NCBI RefSeq assembly: GCF_009914755.1
Contig: NC_060930.1
Length of the DNA: 64,000 nt
Strand: one strand, 5' to 3'
DNA from: the human T2T-CHM13v2.0 reference genome, Homo sapiens
Shown here: positions 57,760 to 64,000 of the stretch, piece after piece
How the letters are laid out: the number at the start of each line of letters is the position of its first letter
How positions within the stretch are numbered: position 1 is the stretch's first letter
Notes under the pieces: generated by a model
What the model saw: the letters and a program-made list of their open reading frames with translations, nothing else
The model's database searches: none
Told to the model about the DNA's origin: nothing
Position numbers and translations under genes: made by a program

Positions 57760-59037
57760 ATTGTCCAAAATTATCAAGACAGCCAGTAAGAAAGAGCATG
57801 AAAAAGTGACTGCCCATGCTTAGTTGGGTCTTAAAATATTTTTTAAATTTAATTTAGGTTGTAATGATGGAGTTAATAAAAATATTTTATAATACAGCAG
57901 GAAAAGAACACTCTTCATACTTTCTTTGTAAATACTAGTGAAAGTTTTATAAAGAGTTTTCACATTCCTTTGCAATTAAGGAGGGACTTGGAAAGAATTG
58001 CTTCTCTTTACTTGTGTGCTTATGTAAATCACTTAAAGGTTTTTGAAACTCCCTCAAAGGGAGCCTGGCTTTGAGTGTGTTCATTGGAGAAATGTTCTGC
58101 AAAGCATTTATTTCTTTTAGGGATCAAACAACTGTTCCTCAAAAATTATTGCAAATAAAGGCCTAAAAGGCCCTTCATCCATACCCTAAATAAATAAATT
58201 TGCTTTTCTTCATTCTATAAAGCCACCCACATAAATCCTATTAAATATGGAAAAAAGTGATAATGACAAAAGCAAAACAATCAGACTGACAGACCAATAA
58301 AGCTGTTGAGTATAATTACTGTGATGTTGTTTCTACTAATTGATATCAGATAACTTATGCATTACAAGGAAACATGGGCTCAGAAATGTGTACAATTCCC
58401 CAATCAGATAATACTTTTACAGATGCAGAAATAATGGAATCTTCCACATGTATCTCTCAATGCCAGTCCTTTACAATGATTAATCTGCTGAACTCACAAT
58501 GCAATATCAAGCTGAGCACCTGTAGTAGAATCCCAGCATCTTGGTGTTGCAAAGGACCTCCTGCCCAGTGTTATATAGATAGACCTCCTGCCCCAGCATT
58601 ACCCCATTCTAGACTGAGGTCGTACAAACTCTGCCTGCATCCTACGGAGCCTGACAGTTCACCATAATCAAAGATGCTTTTTCTAGTGCTTGAAATTTTT
58701 AGAAATTTTTTTCCCACAGTGAGTTATATCTGCCTCCTAGTAGAATCTCCCTATTGATCTTATTCTGTATCTTTAGAGCAAAAGAGAATTATTTTGCCTA
58801 AAATGCTTTGAACACATTTGAGCCAGCCACTTTGCTATACACTGGCAATATAGCAGTGAACGAGACAAATGACAATTTTTTCCTCAGTCTAGTTCTCCTT
58901 CCCCAAGACCATCATCAAATATTGAAAGACAGCATTCACATTCCCAAGTTTTCTCTGTGTTAGTGTAAAAATTCAGTTTTCTCAACTCTTTCTCCCTTGG
59001 CATGACTTTCAGAACTTTTTAAAATCTGATTGCTTTC

Positions 59038-59359
59038 TTGTTTTTGTTTTTGTTTTGAGATATGGTCTTATTCTGTCACCCAGGTTGGAGTGCAATGGTG
59101 CAATTTTGACTGAGTGCAATGGTGTAATTTTGACTCACTGCAACCTCTACTTCTTGGGATCAAGTGATCCTCCCACCTCAGCCTCCTGAGTAGTTGGAAC
59201 TACAGGCACAAGCCACCATGCCCAGCTAAGTTTTCTTTATTTTTTGTAGAAAAAAAAGTGTCACTATGTTGCCTAGACTGGTCTTGAACTCCTGGGCTCA
59301 AGCAATCCTCCTGCCTCCGACTCCCAAAGTGCTGACATTATAGTCACTGTACCTAGCCT
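59038..59359 (-). mobile_element. AluJ with internal 24-bp tandem duplication
   Basis: gagtgcaatggtg(c/t)aattttgact x2 at 59088-59135. Confidence 0.85.
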
Positions 59360-60186
59360 GAGTGCTTTCTGAGACATTTTAGTTTATCAGTGATAGTCAT
59401 AGCGCAAGCCACTCCAGTTGGACACAAGTCCTGAAATGCAGTTTTACCAACATAAAAAAACTGTAGGATTGCAACTTTTCTGCGCTTAAACCAAGTTTAC
59501 TAATGCAACCTGGGATCTCACTTACTCTATAGATTTTTCATTCTCAGTAAGTTGTTGGGCATGATGCTGATGTGGTTACTACAGTCCAGAAACCATAAGG
59601 GCCCTGAGTGGCAAAAATCTGTGGGTATTTTCATGTCTTCCTCTGTCGGTCTATGAGGCCCCCACTTCTTGCTCATATTTTTGTTATTTTTATCTTTGCT
59701 AAATTATAGCTTTTGGGATTTGTTCCAGAGTATTGGCCTGTTAAAATATTTGCGAATCCTCATTCTGTAATCCAGTGTACTATTTTCCCTGATGTTTAGC
59801 ACCTAGAAAGTAACTAACATGTCTTGTAAATATTCTTCAAGTCTTTTATATTAGCAAGAATGAGACTAAGGACAAAGTCCTGTGGCAAACTAACTATTAA
59901 AGCTACTGTCTTAAATTGTTTATTATTAATCAATTAATCTCTTTGGGAGATAATTATTCAAATAACTGCAAATCTGAGATGGAAACAGTAGATACAACAC
60001 ATACTGAGTGGTTTCCTTATACTGGAGGTCATGAAAAGCATTTTATATGTATTATCTCAATTAATCATGATGACTATTCCCACACAATGGCTATTGTCAT
60101 GCACATATTTCATGTAGGAAATATGTTTAATAAGGAAATATGTATCATACATAGCAATTGAGGCTCAGGGAGGTTAGGTAATTTTC

Positions 60187-61581
60187 TTTTTTTTTTTCAG
60201 ATTTTTTTTTTTAGTATTTATTGATCATTCTTGGGTGTTTCTCGCAGAGGGGGATTTGGCAGGGTCATAGGACAATAGTGGAGGGAAAGTCAGCAGATAA
60301 ACAAGTGAACAAGGGTCTCTGGTTTTCCTAGGCAGAGGACCCTGCGGCCTTCTGCAGTGTTTGTGTCCCTGGGTACTTGAGATTAGGGAGTGGTGATGAC
60401 GATGAAGCATGCTGCCTTCAAGCATCTGTTTAACAAAGCACATCTTGCACCGCCCTTAATCCATTTAACCCTGAGTGGACACAGCAGATGTTTCAGAGAG
60501 CATGGGGTTGGGGGTAAGGTTATAGATTAACAGCATCCCAAGGCAGAAGAATTTTTCTTAGTACAGAACAAAATGGAGTCTCCTATATCTACTTCTTTCT
60601 ACACAGACACAGCAACCATCTGATTTCTCTATCTTTTCCCCACATTTCCCCCTTTTCTATTCGACGAAACCGCCATCGTCATCATGGCCCGTTCTCAATG
60701 AGCTGTTGGGTACACCTCCCAGATGGGGTGGCGGCCGGGCAGAGGGGCTCCTCACTTCCCAGAAGGGGCGGCTGCCAGGCGGAGGGGCTCCTCATTTCTC
60801 AGACGGGGCGGCTGCCGGGCAGAGGGGCTCCTCACTTCTCAGATGGGGCGGCCGGGCAGAGATGCTCCTCACCTCCCAAACAGGGTCACGGCCAGGCAGA
60901 GGCGCTCCTCACATCCCAGACGGGGTGGTGGGGCAGAGGCACTCCCCACATCTCAGACGATGGGCTGCCGGGCAGAGACGCTCCTCACTTCCTAGACAGG
61001 ATGGCGGCCGGGAAGAGGCGCTCCTCACTTACCAGACTGGGCAGCCAGGCAGAGGGGCTTCTCACATCCCAGACGATGGGCAGCCAGGCAGAGATGCTAC
61101 TCACTTCCCAGACGGGGTGGCGGCCGGGCAGAGGCTGCAATCTCGGCACTTTGGGAGGCCAAGGCAGGCGGCTGGGAGGTGGAGGTTGTAGGGAGCCGAG
61201 ATCAGGCCACTGCACTCCAGCCTAGACAACATTGAGCACTGAGTGAATGAGACTCCGTCTGCAATCCCAGCACCTCGGGAGGCCGAGGCTGGCAGCTCAC
61301 TCGCAGTTAGGAGCTGGAAACCAGCCCGGCCAACACAGCGAAACCCCATCTCCACCAAAAAAATACGAAAACCAATCAGGCGTGGCAGCGCGCACCTGCA
61401 ATCCCAGGCACTCGGCAGGCTGAAGCAGGAGAATCAGGCAGGGAGGTTGCAGTGAGCCGAGATGGCGGCAGTACAGTCCAGCTTCGGCTCGGCATCAGAG
61501 GGAGACCGTGGAGAGAGAGGCAGGGGCAGGGGCAGGGGCAGGGGCAGGGGCAGGGGCAGGGGCAGAGGCAGAGGCAGAGGC
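60187..61581 (-). mobile_element. Full-length SVA (older A/B-like)
   Basis: Poly-T, SINE-R (~60210-60715), GC-rich VNTR (~60715-61135), Alu-like region, hexamer head; TSD aattttctt (60180-60188 / 61582-61590). Confidence 0.95.
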
Positions 61582-61977
61582 AATTTTCTTAATGTCCAAG
61601 ATAGTAAGTAGCAGATCTGGAATTCACACACATCTGTCCTACTCCAAAGCTCATATCCTTCATCAGAGAGAAAGACAGTCTCCAAATACCATAACATCAC
61701 TCAACCCAGATAATGGAGCCAATGAAAAACCTTTGAAATGTCTTCATGAGCTCCAGATACACTGTGTCTCCAATATTCAGTCTAGTGAATTTTTAGCAAA
61801 AGGAAATTAGAACATAAGGAATTATCTGTTCTTCCTGAATCCATGCTAGTTCTGAGATCTCTTCATTCCCTTCCAGAATTGACTAACTGCACTTTGACAA
61901 ACTAAACTATCATTTTCTTAGGGAAACAATAGTATGATTCCCCATCTGTAGTTTCTAGTATCCATCTAGTATCACCG

Positions 61978-62299
61978 TTTTTTGTTGTTTTTTTTTTAGA
62001 CCGAGACTCACTCCGTCGCCCAGGCTGGAGTGCTGTGGAATGATCTTGGCTCACTGCAACCCCCACCCCTTGAGTTTGAGCAACTCTCATGCTTCAGCCT
62101 CCCAAGTAGCTGGAAAGCTGGAATTACAGGTGGGCACCACCTCACCTGGCTAATTTTTGTATTTTTGTATTTTTAGCAGAAACAGGGTTTCACCATGTTG
62201 GTCAAGCTAGTCTCCAACTCCGGACCTCCAACTCCAGACCTCGCCTGCCTCAGCCTCCCACAGTGCTGGAATTATAGGCATAAGCCACTGAGCCTGGCC
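61978..62299 (-). mobile_element. Alu (S/J)
   Basis: Antisense dimer with small internal duplications. Confidence 0.85.
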
Positions 62300-62527
62300 T
62301 TAGTATCGCTCTTTCTGAAGAATGAAGTGTTTTCCAGCCTTTGCTATTGGACATTGGTTTCACTCTGCATACTTTATCAAAGATTACTAACCATAATTGT
62401 CAAGATTATAACTGCAAATTCTTTTAGTACATTAGATGTTATTCTTGTAGACATACATCCTTGAATTTTTCAAAGTGCCTATTAAGTACTAGTTATTAAA
62501 ATAATATTCTCTTCCCTCAAGCTATAT

Positions 62528-63180
<653 letters not shown>

Positions 63181-63576
63181 TTGGCCATACATAAAAACTT
63201 ATTTTTATTGCAAACAAACAAAAAAGAAGAAGAGAAAGAGAGAAAATGGTCAGAAATACAACACATAAGATTAGGAATTTAACAGCATCCTACATTCTGT
63301 CCTAATGGCAGCATAATTAATAGGAATGAATGGTCATGTTGCTTCCTGCCACAGCTGGGAAGTATTTTTTTTATAGCAGCTCCTACAAATTAAGACACGG
63401 TTTTCTTATCCTTTCTTTGTTTGCTTTCTTCTAAGATCGTATTCCTAAAAAATTTTTGTGATTATCATTTACTAAAAGATTGGAACCAATTATTTTAAAC
63501 TCTCTCACAGAGGGCTCCAGAAAGATGAGGCTTGCTGCAACATGCTCAGAAAGAACACTTTCATTTAAATTTTTTT

Positions 63577-63875
63577 GGCTGGTCCCAGTGGCTCACATCT
63601 GTAATCTCAGTGCTTTGGGAGACTGAGGAAGGATTGCTTGAGGTCAGGAGTTCAAGACAAACCTGGTCAACATAGCAAGACCCCGTTTCTACAAAAATAA
63701 AAATAGAAATTAGCTAGGTGTGGTGGCATGCACCTGTAGTCCCAGCTACTGGGGAGGCTGAGGTGGGAGGATTTATTGAGCCCAGGAGGGTGACGCTGCA
63801 GTGTTCATGTGATCACGCTACTGCACTCCAGCCTGGACAACAGGGTGAGACCCTGTCTCAAAAGAGTAATATTTA
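63577..63875 (+). mobile_element. AluJ
   Basis: Diverged dimer. Confidence 0.85.
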
Positions 63876-64000
63876 AAATAAAAAAATTAATTAATTACTA
63901 CTTGATGCTTTTATCAGTTTCATAAAGTCCATTCCTATGGAAGAAGCTTGCATATCACCTAGTAAATTCTCCTTTTTTTTTTTTTTTTGAGACGGAATTT

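Noticed and set aside
60698-61225. 175-aa and 161-aa ORFs as a novel gene
   Set aside because: Entirely within the GC-rich SVA VNTR/Alu-like region, which is stop-poor
60700-61500. CpG-island promoter
   Set aside because: CpG richness is intrinsic to the SVA
61508-61810. AG/AE dipeptide-repeat ORF
   Set aside because: Translation of the SVA hexamer head; no evidence of expression

Overview
Primate, almost certainly human, genomic DNA: two human-specific AluYb8 insertions are present. The window holds the 3' end of TFAP2D (AP-2 delta) on the + strand. A 114-bp internal coding exon (2256-2369, missed by the ORF track) splices in frame across a ~21.4-kb intron to the terminal coding exon (23736-23955), which is followed by the 3' UTR. 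The remaining ~38 kb is repeat-rich intergenic DNA; from recalled gene order it leads toward the tandem paralog TFAP2B, of which no exon is visible here. Apart from the TFAP2D terminal exon, the listed ORFs appear to be Alu/L1/SVA/CR1 read-throughs or chance ORFs. I found no new gene or multi-gene system. The most notable items are: a degenerate local duplication (~1.9-kb offset) that brackets a near-consensus CTCF site, an AT minisatellite built from 20-bp palindromes, a twin-primed L1, a ~75-bp micro-L1, a sense L1 poly(A) signal just upstream of the last exon, an SVA with a variant hexamer head, and fossil CR1/L3 reverse-transcriptase sequence. Repeat subfamily labels come from recalled consensus sequences, and boundaries of old repeats are approximate.
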